Shown here: positions 26,701 through 39,135 of the stretch, piece after piece
Layout of the letters: every line of letters starts with the position of its first letter
Numbering within the stretch: the first letter of the stretch is position 1
Origin: Lytechinus pictus
Taxonomy: Eukaryota
Assembly: GCF_037042905.1 (NCBI RefSeq)
Contig: NC_087251.1
Location: 44,332,001 to 44,396,000, forward strand
Reading direction: 5' to 3'
Length of the DNA: 64,000 bases
Translations under genes and position numbers: made by a program
Notes under the pieces: generated by a model
Told to the model about the DNA's origin: nothing
What the model saw: only the letters and a program-made list of their open reading frames with translations
Database searches by the model: none

Positions 26701-29700
26701 ATAAGTGAAATAAGTACTAAAGTAATGAGGGAGTTGTACGTGTGTGACATCACATATCTTGGTCGCATTGCCAATTGGAGGATCTACATGGCATTAGTGA
26801 TCTCAATATTCAAATGCTCATAACTTTCTTATTATTCATTCAATCTTCCTCAAACTTTCAACAATATGTTTCTTTGATTTTTCTCTTTGATATGGATTCA
26901 GCTGGTTTCAAGGGTTTCATTCTCCTTTAACTTTAACAGGAGATCATTATCCTACTTCGGGACCCCATCAAGGCTAAGGTGGTTTCCCACTATGAGCAAA
27001 CTAGGAAGAAGAAATGGGCTGGTGTCAAAGAAGGAAATGATTCTAAGAAACAACCAATCACAGATGAGCATCAAATTACAACAGGTATGAAGTTTATCTA
27101 GAAACTGAAATTGAAAAAATGCATTAAAATGATTAATTTATGATAACTAATTCATCATAGTTCTGCCATTCTTTTGGATTCACATTTATATAATTTCTCT
27201 TCAGACAGTAGGCATATTTGACTGCTGTGATATATATTTTTTTGGGTTGTTTCTAATGGCATTTAGTTTTCTGTATGTGCTTCATGAAATCTATTTTATT
27301 ATTATTATTTTTTTTTTTTGGGGGGGATGAATTTTAGAATATTTGTCACTCTAAACCAGTTTAGAGTTTTCTTTTCATTTTTTCATTTTTTTTAAATTTG
27401 GTGTACCGGGTCATGATTGGAGCAATGCAGTTGGGACTCGGATTGCAAAAAATGACCGATGACCCACCACTGAAATCAATTATGATTCCTATTTTCTTGC
27501 AGGTCAGTCTGTTAAGATTGGTTATAAGTTTGTAGATTGTAACATGCATCACCACTCATGCTTAATGCCAACTAAGATTGGATCACCAGTCTGGAAGGAT
27601 GATAACTCAAGACATGCAGGTGAAGATTTCTTCTTTTTTAAATCATTAAAAATGAAATTTATTTATTTTCATATGTACAGTATCATGAAATTCAAATCCA
27701 TTTCTTTCTACTGTAAATGACATTCATAATTTCATATTATTTTTTTAACAGGAAATTAGATTTAAATTTATTATTTTCTTACAGTAAATGAAATTCGAAT
27801 CTATTCCTTATAAATTTACAAAAAAATTGAATTCAAATCCATTCTTTCCTTTTTTTTTCTGTAAATGAAATTCAAAAAGAGTTACGATTGATCAAATCAA
27901 TCTCGACTGTATGGAAATCCATCCATACCATACTTATTTTCTACAGGAAATTTGCACAATCTCCTTAGTAAACACAGAGAATTACACTGAATCTTCAAGA
28001 GAATGATGAGTATATGAATAAACATATCTAGAAAATATTTTGAACAAATTTGCATTTTAGATGTTGATGTTGCTGGCCGTCCATAGATGTGGTTGATCGG
28101 ATCAATCGCAACTCTTTGTAAGAGGGGGCCCTGAGCAGTAGATGTTTCCATTATAAATCTTTGTACATTGAAAATGGAATAAAAAGAAGGCAAGATAACT
28201 GCATATCTTCGGCAGCTGAGGTCAATAGACAGATGCTGTTTTATCTTCTAATATTTTTGAAGTATTGCAGACAGTTGATAGTAATTCAGTCCGTGTGTAT
28301 TTCACTTTTTTAGTTGCTGAAATTAAGGACTGTCGGGCAAAAATGTTAAATTGGTTGAATTTGGTTCAACTGTTCTGAGTCTGACTACAATTTGTGCAGT
28401 AGGCCTTGACTTAGCAGCGTGTTGTAGAACGTTTCCTCAAACTTTCCATGTTCATCTCTTTGCAGGTGGAGGATTCACTACTGCCAGACTCTTCGCCAAG
28501 AAGCTCGTGGTCTTCGTCTGCAAGTACCATCCATCGACCATTGGTCATACCACGTCGCAGCTGATGAAATCGCTGTGTGCTACTCCACCTCCTTCCAAAC
28601 ACATCGCAATCAGCAGCTATTTTGCTCCCAAAGCAGATGATGACTTTGTGGGTCAGCCTGTAACCGAGTCAGCCCACAGGAAGAGGAATAAGTTGAAGAA
28701 AATGTAAGTTGCTGTGTTATTGCTAATTTCATTTTTTTTCGCTTGTAGAATCAAGTTAATCTCTGAAAATAGGTTACACATCCTCTGCAAGCTGACTCAT
28801 GTATTCCATTTTTTCTGAAATGAAGTAAATTTTATTCCTTGAACTCCTTTATCTTTATTCATCTTTGATGTAATTGAAGGATTAAGATTGAATGAATTAA
28901 AAAAATAAATATCCCTTGACTGAGAAAATTTTAAAGCAAGGTAAAAATTTAATAGAGCAAAAAAAGAATAATTGTGTAGATTTATTATCCGTGTACACGT
29001 TCTAAATATGAAATTGTCAACAAAGTCACACCCCAAAAACCTACAGGTGTATTGATTATATGATGATTCAGCAATTTGATTGTCTTTATAACCTATTATT
29101 ATGTTTGTGTTATAAATAATTCCTATGATGTGATATTAACAAAAATGCAGACTTTCCATACCAGATTAGCTGGTTATCGGTCTTTTTCTTCTAAATCCTA
29201 CACAGTGTCAAAGGAATGAAGACAGAGGCTCCTGGATTGAAAGAGAAAACAGATCTCCGAGGCCAATCAAAGAGCGGGGGTTTCTTTGAGCAGGAGTTGG
29301 GAAGAACTGACACAGAGACTGCCGATGAAATCAAGCCAGAAATCTTGCCATCCCCATCAGTCTCTGACATGGACTGCAACTCGGACGGGGTACCAGACCT
29401 AGATGAGCCATTTGGCGGTGGTGGTCCCAGTTTATTAGATTCCAAGGAAGTTTTGCCTCTGAGACATGGTGAGCGATTTGAGTTATTGGGTGGTGGCCCG
29501 AGTTTGTTAGCGTCCAACGAGGATTTGTCACCGAGACGTGGTGAGCGATTTGAGTTATTGGGTGGTGGCCCGAGCTTGTTAGCGTCCAAGGAGGGTTTGT
29601 CAGTGAGACATGGTGATGATCCAACAAGTAGCCTTCCAGGATGTCCTCAGGAAGAAGTATCAGCGAAGACTTCAACCGCTTTAAGTGTGAAACCTGATGA

Positions 29701-32700
29701 TAAGTGTGTCAAAGTGGAAGGAAACCATAAAACTGTAACATGTAAACTCGAAAACATGGAAAATGCAGCGGTAGATTTACCCCCAATGGTAGATTCTGAG
29801 TGTGTCAAAGCGGAAAGAAACCGCTGTATGAATGACCATAAAATTGTAACATGTAAACTTGAAAACATAGAAGATGTGGTGGTAGATTCACCCATGAAGG
29901 TAGATGGCTCGTCATCAGAAGGAACTTCCACCTCGACTACATATGAAAGCCGATTGAAAGGCTCTTTGAACTCGACCAAATCTGAATCGACCATACGCTC
30001 GTCATCTGTAGGCCAAGAGTCGGGAATAGGTAGGCTGACATGGACTTCCCAAGCGACCGAAAGCTCACCGTCATCATCAGGGGACTTTGATTATAAACCG
30101 AGGAGGAGGCAGAATGTCAAAAGTAGGAGCAAGTTGTCACTTAAAAGAGCAGAGGGGAAAAGGGGAGGTGCAAGTAAAGTAGGTTCTTCAAAGAAAAAAG
30201 TGCTCTGTGATGATGTGATAGAGGAATCTACTGAAGAGGCAAAGAATGGTCAGGATGAACATGAAGTTGTAGCAGAAGAATCCAAGAAGCAAAAAATACA
30301 CTCTGATACAGTGCCAGAAACGGATGAATCATTGAATAAGAAGAGCAATAATGTTTCAGAATCTGTAAGACATCCCATTAGCGATTGTTCTGTTCTTCTT
30401 ACTGATATCAAGCTACGATGCCCTGAAACTGTCCATGAATCCTTGAAGGTAGAGACATCTCCGATGGAATTACCTGAGATAAACCAGGAAGAAATCTTTC
30501 AAGCTCCTGAACAGGAAACGGCTCCAAAGTCATCTTCCGATGATGAGCTGATGTCTGTCAGCTTCCTACATACTGCAGAGGCAAAACCCTCAACTAAGAA
30601 GGTGAAAGAGTCGAGACAGCATTTGCCTTTACATACAGCAAAGTATGACAGTGACATCTACATTGATGGCTCGGAAGAAGCGAGGACTGCATCAAGCCAT
30701 GTTGAGCAGAGAGAACAGACTGGGAACCTAAAAAACAAGAGGCCAAAGCACAGCAGACTGGCTCTGTCCAGTAGGCAGAGCAACAAAGACAAAGACACTA
30801 TCCACACTACCTCAAAACACTCATCACACATTGGAAAGAAGAGGCAGAAACCCCACATTAAGAAACTGTTGACTGAACTCGCATTCGATAGCGACAGCCA
30901 AGGGTCAAGTCAAAATAGCCCTCACAAAATCAAGGAGAATCAGAGGTTTAGTGGGGAAGAAGAAGAACCCATGGATGTTGAGGATGGATCGCCAAAGACT
31001 ACTCCTGTGGTTGTAGGAAGTAGTCATGATGAGGTAGATGGGTTGTCATCGGACAATTATCACTCTGGAGAGAATCAAAGGCCAAGTCCCCCAGGGCTGA
31101 AGCAAGATGATCTTGTGCACATATCTGACGATAGCTCTGGTGGAGGGACCAGTCTTGTGGGAGATGGGGAGAAAGGACGGGCAGGAGAAAATCAAGATAG
31201 ACAACCTGGTGATCGAGAAGATGAGGTCATTGACCTGAGTCAGGGGGTAGATGATGGTGAGGAGAGTGACAGCTGGTTTGACAACATCTTTGGGAACATC
31301 AGGTAATATACAAGTTATACTCATCATGGAGGGCATTAGTAATAATTACATGCTCAAGGGATCTTTGGAACAGTTCTAACATGCCTGAGGTGTAGCGGAG
31401 GGCGTTTGGACTGTTCCAACGTTCAAGTGTGTGTAATTATTCTAATGCCTTAGCAAAATGATGTGTAGTATATGTTTTATAAGATGTTATATCTGACTGA
31501 TCAATTTCCTGTTAGCCAAAATTAAATGACTAATGGCCACATGATAGATTTTCAGTCTATCATTTGATTAGGATCCATATCATCAAAAAATAAAAAATAA
31601 AAAGTTTAAACTAATTTCCGAGGTAACATGAATTTTTTTAAGTACATTAAATTCTGCCAAACTCAAATCAAAATTTATATTATAGAAAACATTTTGATCT
31701 TTCATGAAATGTAAAAGAAAGTATAGTTTATACAAACAAACAGTATTTAATTAGACCATTGACTTAGGGAGAGTTAATGGTATGTTCTTATATCTCTGAA
31801 TTATTTATTTATGATTATAAGACAAGTAATATTTTATCGAATATTAAACAATGTTCATGTTTATTTCTGAATCAAAATATTATACGACAATTTCTTTTCA
31901 CCTATTACTGAAATAATAATGATAATAGTAATAATGGTTGACATTTACCACAGATTCCCTGTTACATATAATTTGGATTATCTGTAATCCTGTGCTGAAA
32001 CAATGTTTTGATTTATACTTGATCCTTATGTGGTTTTGCAGTGTTAGTAAGTCTACATTCTTTGAACATGTCATTTATCATCTTAATTTGAAGTATACTG
32101 TGAATTTATGAAATGATGTTTATAGCTTAATTGAAATTATATAGCTAACTTTGATTGATGCACAAAATTATTTTTGAGCACAAAAACCTACAAGATTCAT
32201 CATGTGTATGGACAAAGAGGAAAACTGATTTTCTCCAAACTAAGTGCATTTTGACTAATTTCTCCATGTGCAGGGGTAATTGATTCAACATCCAGACATG
32301 AGAATTTACACCTAAAGATTATCAAATTACATACAGCATAATCAAATTTATTTTACATAACTATGCTTTTTTTTTGGGGGGGGGTTGCAGAAAATATTCT
32401 ACATAATAGTCCTTACATTATGTATTTGACACTCGTGTGAATGAGTTTCCGCAGGACACATTTCCTTTTATATTATTATTGTCTAATTTTAATGAATCAT
32501 CATAAATTTATTTGTGCTTTTGATTATTGTTTATTCTTTTTGTACACAATATATTTATGTTCATTTTGTTTTTTCTTTTCCAATCATTACATTCATATTT
32601 GAAATTCTTTATTCTTGAATAAACCGTTTTCATTGGTTATTTTTTTACATTTCTTTTTTGTTGTTGTTTTTATCATTTTTTCTTTGTTTGTGTTTAATAC

Positions 32701-35700
32701 TTAATAACTTCATACTTTTCCTTTAAAAATAGATTAGTCATCTAATAACAAATTTGATAAATAGAGCTCTCTAATAAACCAATTTATCATCAGTTCCCTT
32801 TCATTCACATTATATACTCCTAAATATCATCTCGAATACTTGTACATGACTGTTTTGGTATTGAGAGAGTGAACACTGCGTTAAACCGAATTATTGAAAG
32901 ATCTGTCCGTTTCGGTTTACATTTAAAGTTGTACGTGGTTAGGAATTGAAGAAATTTCAAAGATAGTTTGTATATATATTTTTTTTGGGGGGTGAGGGGA
33001 TTATCACCAGGTTTGGGATATTTCCCCCTGTATTGACTGGAGAAAGAGGAAGAGAGACAAAGAGAGCGAGTAGCAGAGTGAGAGACAGACAGAATTATTT
33101 AGACACTTAACTTAATTATCGATAATAGAAGGCCCTGCTATATCAGTGAACTTGAAATAGTTATGATAATTAAAGATCAACAAATGAATGAAATATTTTT
33201 GTTGATTATCATTTCTAGTTGGCTTGTAAAGGGTTAACAGTAAAGGATTGCTTCTGAGATGCCCTCCATGAAGTTACAAAGTTACAGCTGAAATGTTCAT
33301 GTCTAACAATCATCTGATCATTTTGGTGATGGTATACCATACATTTCTGTGCATTATTATCATCATTTTTCCCACCAAGATTGAGGCACACTCTTTCATT
33401 TAAACCCAAAGGCCGGTATTCTGAACTGGGGTTTAAAGTAAACCCTGGTTTAAAGTTGCGGTTTAACTATGGAGAGCCAATTGGGGCGCAAATCCCTAAC
33501 AGTACGCATCAAATTTATTAACTCATTCAATTGTCTCTAATTGTCTGTGAATGATATCTGAAGTATTTTTCTTCATTGTGAAAGCAAAAGGAAACAAAAT
33601 ATTAAACATAAGAAATATACAATATAAACAGAAATTTTGAATTTTTGGCTCCCCATGATTTTAGCACAGAGTTAGACCGTGGTCTATTAAGTTAAACCTG
33701 ACTTCAGAATATGGGCCAATGGAATTTCACAACCTACTGCCTAAATCTGTAACATTGGATAACATTCCAGTGAGTAGGTATTTTTCAGGGCTCTATTGAG
33801 CATTTTGGGGTTTAAATTGCCCCAAGGCCCCCCCCCCCAAGTAATTTCCCCCCCTAATTCAATATCATGAACAGAACATTTAACATTGCATGATTTTAAC
33901 CCACATCTGAACACACATAAAAAGGATGACCCATTCACTTTAGTTTTAACAAATTCTATTCAGTTGAGCAGAAATTTGTATTAAACCTAATTGCGTATTT
34001 CTTTTCTAGATTCGTAAATGAATTGAAGACAGCAGATATGGTCTATCTGACCCAAAGGAACAAGAAATATCTACACAACATCTTCCAAGGAAAGGTATGC
34101 TTTAATTGGAATCTGACTGAATGCTATGTAATGACAGTTTTTCAAGTAGTGGGAGAAAGAAATAAGTAAGATAAAGAGAGAAAAGAAATAAGAGCATAAA
34201 AAGACAGCTAATACCCCCAAATTAAAATGATAAAAAAGATATAGGTCATGACTCATCTTGCCCCCCCCTCCCATCAAAGAACCCTGGCGCCACCCCTGAA
34301 CAAATGTGCTCTTGACTAATAAGCAAGTTGAACCATTGTGTAGCTATAATAGAAGTTTGTATGACCTAGAAATTAATAACGGGGGTTTCATATAATCGTT
34401 CCAGGGCCATTTGCTTGTCCCAATTTTGCACAATGAACGAACAATTCTCTTTTCAAGCTACGACCGATTCTGTGTATTGATTAAATGCAGAACTTCATAT
34501 GTGGGTTGATTTAATGTCTCTGGATGTTGGTCTGGGTGTTCAGTGGGTGATTAGGTCTGCTATAGACTGAGCTATATACAACACAGAGCTTGGTTTCGGA
34601 TAAATGATACGGATCTTGTTATTGATAGCTCATGAAATCACCTTTTTTGGCCATCATTTCAACTAGATTTTGATAAGCCTTGATGATGAAAGGGCAATCA
34701 GGCTTAGTGGTAAATCTCATTGTTCAGGATCTATTAAAATCATGCTAAGAGAGCACAAAAAAGCCAATACTAATACTCATTGAAATGTACAAAGCCCCGA
34801 TGATTTGCACTTATCTTTACTTTAAAATCTGTTCTATCATGAACAGAGTAAGCTCAATATCTAAAAAAAACGTACATAACTATCAATACATTCACTCCTT
34901 GAAATAAATATGCCTTGAACTGAACCCAATTCAGTTTCCTCTTAAAAGTAAAAGAAACCTCTCGACAATAAAGAATTACAAATTGATGATAAAATTGATA
35001 GGATCTTTTTATGCTCTGGTAATGTATTTACAACAGTATTCTGATCTCTAGCCTGAATGAATTTTACTTTCAGAGACCCTGTGAGAGACACCAGTGTTAC
35101 AAGAAAAAGGGACCTCATAGAAGTAAGAAAGTGAAATAAAATTATAATTTGATTTTTTTTGGGGGGGGGGGTGGGTTGGGTTGGGTTTGGGATGGGACCA
35201 TTCAAGCATTGAAGAAAAATTAATGGATTGGCAAGTAATGTGAGATTAGTCAGTAGAACCATTCAAAGAAGAGATTTGTAATGAAATGATGTTATTCTTT
35301 GGGGCCGTTCAAAAACCATTCAAGAAGAGAATTATGCAATTATGTTATTCTTTTTTACCAGTTGGAATGGCGAGAAATGTGAGATCAGTGCCATTCAAAG
35401 AAGAGAATTAATGAAATAATTTAATTCCCTCTTTCAGTTGGAATGGGGAGTAATGTAAGGCTAGGACCGTTCAAAGAAGAGCAGATGGATGCAGTCATGG
35501 GGGAACTGGTCAAGATTTACTGCACCAAACACATTAAGGTAAACCTTGAACACAAATAAATCTGTCATATTTATGAATATTCGATCACTTTATGAAATAC
35601 TGAAGCTTCTCCTAGGCTACTTCTTTAAAGGGCAAACCATTCATCCACTCTAGTGGACTTTCTCAAGCTCTCATTCAGTCATGTTTCCCTACTTGACTTG

Positions 35701-36485
35701 AGAATGTCCCAGGAGCAGAAAACAAAAATCGATTGGTAGAAGCTTGAAAAATTAATTATTTGATTAACCCCCAACCGATGAAATATTTCTGTATTATTTG
35801 ATTACTTGTTTATTTGATTGTTGAACTTTTTTAATCAATTAATTGTGTGATTGTTTGGATTTGATAATTGAGTAATTTTCATAGATTTTATACCTTTTTT
35901 CTGGTTGAAATTTTGTATAATAGGTGATTATAAAATAGAACTATTGGAGTTGTCAATGCTTATATCTGTAATAAGAAACTTGAAAATAGCGAAAGTATAT
36001 TAGTTTTTATATTTTGGAAAAAAAAAAGCAAGAATAGAATAAAAGTATATCTCTTGATACTGTTGCAAACTTGTTTAAAATGTCCAAAATCAATTTTCAA
36101 CTGGATGTTGTTTTAATGTAAATACCGGTAGACTCCACATATTCACACTAGAAATCTAAAAATTATGACAAGACTTCACTGATAAATTTATTATATTCTG
36201 TTGTAACTTATCATTCATTATACGAAAGTGCATATATTGCGTGCGGGATAATAATAATTACAATGTAAAGCGCTTAGAAAGAGCTACATGTATATAAATG
36301 TAACTACTAATACTACTATTATTATATTACCTTTGTTTTTCTTTATACAGTATATGGATTACGTATCTAAAGTTCTTCTACCAGAGGCTATGACTAAGAT
36401 TTACATGGATGTCCATAGGGTTAGCCACACCCATGCTGAAGAGGTCATGAGAGGGGTGCAAAAAGAGCACCCTAGGGCTACCTGA
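23751..36485 (+). CDS. PWWP3A/MUM1(EXPAND1)-like nuclear protein, about 1004 aa, 9 exons: 23751-23798, 26940-27084, 27503-27619, 28466-28703, 29206-31302, 34010-34094, 35074-35122, 35438-35538, 36351-36485
   Basis: All junctions are GT-AG with matching phases (0,1,1,2,2,0,1,0), giving a 3015-nt ORF from aaacaATGg. C-terminus YLHNIFQGKRPCERH...GPFKEEQMDAVMGELVKIY...YVSKVLLPEAMTKIYMDVHRVSHTHAEE resembles the recalled PWWP3A C-terminal domain (HLRAILK...EGQLDLVVKYLQGVY...[28 protein letters not shown]). The gene structure is more certain than the family call. Confidence 0.75.
25683..26203. mobile_element. Foldback-type element built from TTCCGAAGGTTCG / CGAACCTTCGGAA subrepeats
   Basis: Left half is tandem subrepeats, right half is their reverse complement; symmetry axis near 25920. 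Confidence 0.75.
26343..26926. mobile_element. Kolobok-like MITE family C, copy 1
   Basis: TTAA TSD on both sides; AGGAGAATGAAAC / GTTTCATTCTCCT TIRs; near-identical to 56638-57210. Confidence 0.88.
29206..31302 (+). CDS. 2097-nt exon 5 of the PWWP3-like gene; low-complexity, probably disordered S/E/D/K-rich region
   Basis: Contains the 696-aa ORF of the track; acceptor CCTACACAG, donor AG|GTAATA. Confidence 0.9.
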
Positions 36486-36778
36486 TAACCTATCTAAAGT
36501 TCTTCTACCAGAGGCTATGACTAACATCTACATGGATGTACATGAGGTCAGCCACACCCATGCTGAAGAGGTCATGAAAGGGGTGCAAAAAGAACACCCT
36601 AGGGCTACTCGATTACCCATTTTAAGTTCTTCGACCAGTGACTATGACTGAGATCTACATGGATGTACATAAGGTCAGCCACACCCATGCTGAAGAGGTC
36701 ATGAAAGGGGTGCAAAAAGAGCACCCTAGGGCTACCTGATTACCCATCTAAACTTCTACCAGAGGTTATGACTAATGC
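36357..36778 (+). repeat. 127-bp tandem repeat (about 3.3 copies) made of the last coding exon
   Basis: Units start at 36357, 36484, 36611 and 36738. Confidence 0.95.
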
Positions 36779-37869
36779 TATGGTCACAAATACCTTTACG
36801 AACACCAAACAAAATTTTTTATTCATGGTGTAAAATCGTTCGTACAGTGTTCGTATAGGTGTCCGTGACCGTGGTATATTATCTAAATTATGCAACAGAG
36901 CCTTGGTAGAGTGTTTCATGAAGCATCTTGCCAGTGGTTTTTCACTGACTAATTTGTTCTGAGCCAATCAGATGCATGGATTTCAGTAGCTTATAACAAG
37001 AGTCAGTGAAATTCATTGACTATTTGTTTCATGAAATGCTCCCCAGGAGTATGAAGTGCCAAAATGTGAACCAAATGGGTTCTTTGTATTTGTGTGACTA
37101 AAAACTTCCATATTTCAATTATTTTTGTAACCTTATGATTAGCTTTAGGAAAGATTCCTTGCATTTTGTCTGATTTAGCCTGAGCCTGGAAATACTTGAA
37201 CATTTTTATTAGTGCACAGGCTTATAACTACATGTATAATTTAATTATACATGTAGAGTTAAGTATGGTTCTAATAGGTTGTATTTTTTTAAAAAGTTGT
37301 TTGGTCTTTCATTCAGGCATTCTTTGTCTGTTTAGATGTATAATGTGAAATTAGCCCGAGTCTGGCCACACTTGAAATATTTTGATTTGTGCAAAAGCTT
37401 ATAAGTTTATTATGCATACATAAGTATGGATCTTAAAGTTTATATATTTTTTTGAAAGTTGTTTTGCCTTTACTTCAGGCATTCTTTGTCTCTTTAGATT
37501 TATCATGTGGAAATGTGTGGTGTTTGGACCAAACTGATCATTAGTGTTTGGAAAGAAAAGGTATTATAATAATCAGTCCAACATATATATTTCATTATTA
37601 CTATTTTTTTTCGTTACTACACCAGATGGGAGGAATTCATTGTTACTAAATATTGCTCATTTTTAGTTCCACTTGGTACATTTTCTGTTTAGCATTACTT
37701 ATCAGATCAGTATGTTATTCCCCAGAGACTCTAAATATACATATTAAAAGATTGATATTTGTGAATGCTTTGGAATATATAGATTGATTTTGTCTGGATC
37801 AGTGATCAATGTTTACATATTTTTTTCTGAAGTATTGGGTAATTCTTTAAAAATTTCTAATTCTGAAAT

Positions 37870-39135
37870 TAAATTATATTAAATCAAAAAGGGCTTATAC
37901 AGAGGTAAGCATGGTAACAAAAATATTGACAATTCCTGAATTGTATAAAATATCATGACAAATTGGAGTATAGTTTTTCAGAAAACATACAAAATATGTG
38001 ACCGAATAATATGGAATAAGAGATGCATATTACAAGATGGAAAATCATTTTATGAGCCAAAGATAAAAAACAAAGGGTTTGTTAGAGTGTTGCATACGTT
38101 GGATGACTATGGCAGACCATTAAGATGGAAAGATGCAAAAAATAAGGGCTTAACTTTGTTGAATACTTTTTGCTTCTTGACTGTTTCGAGTTTATGCCAT
38201 CAAAATGGAAATCATTCTTCTATCACAAAACTTTCATTCACATTGTGGATAACATTCCATGGATCTCAACTTTAACTATTGATGGCATCACTAGAGAAGT
38301 AATAGATGTACCAAAGTATAGGCCTATATTTCACACATTTTTTATGAAGGAAAACAATCCACCAATTTCATATGATTAAATGACACTTATGGTTTTCAAC
38401 AAGAAGAAATTAGAGAGTTTTTAACACCAACTCTACGTATTACTATAAATATGAGACTTTGAGCTCTGCAATATAAGATTCTTAATAATTTGATTCCTAC
38501 CAAGGTTTGGCTATTCTGTATTCACAAGTTAATGGATACACTTTTTGCATTTTGCAGAGTTTTACCTGAAACTCTTTTTTTCTTGCCATGTCCAATCAAT
38601 TTTTGAATAATGTTGATTCACTTTTTGCTTCACTAGATCTTCCTCATTTCCTCTCTGAAAGATATGTTCTCTTTGGTATCTGTAAGCCCCAAATCCCCAG
38701 AATTTTTTTCATTTTGAACTTTTTGCTCCTGTCAGGTAAACAATATATATTTTTAGATGTTGATGCGATGAAACAAAACCTCCTCTCCCCCACTTTTGTA
38801 ACTTTCTTTTATCACTTGAAACTGTTGAACATACCATAGCACAAAGGAAATGCAACTTAGAAATGCATGTTGGCAAGTGGGCCATCATTTTGAATACCAT
38901 AAAGAAGTGATAAAAGCAGAAGGCTGTTTTGTTACGTTATTTTTTTCATAGGCCAAGCGCCTGATCATTTTGGGTTTTGTTGTAAACAAACAGATGACTT
39001 CTTATGTTATTCTATTTTGTATGTTAGACATGTTATGCCAACATCATTTGAATCTTACTATGTGATCCGTTATATCATGGATGTTTTATTATGTTTACTC
39101 TGGATGAAAAAGGTCAATAAAATTACAAAAAAAAA
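37870..39135 (+). mobile_element. 5'-truncated, frameshifted Tx1/L1-type LINE (ORF2 C-terminal remnant)
   Basis: Fragments IIWNKRCILQDGKSFY, LQYKILNNLIPTK, a degenerate CxxC...PET zinc knuckle, VLFGI...ILNFLLLSGKQYIF and EHTIAQRKCNLEMHVGKW; AATAAA plus A-run at about 39116-39134. Confidence 0.7.

Noticed and set aside
29191..31336. Minus-strand ORFs of 66-132 aa
   Set aside because: Antisense to the long coding exon; repeats merely mirror its tandem units.
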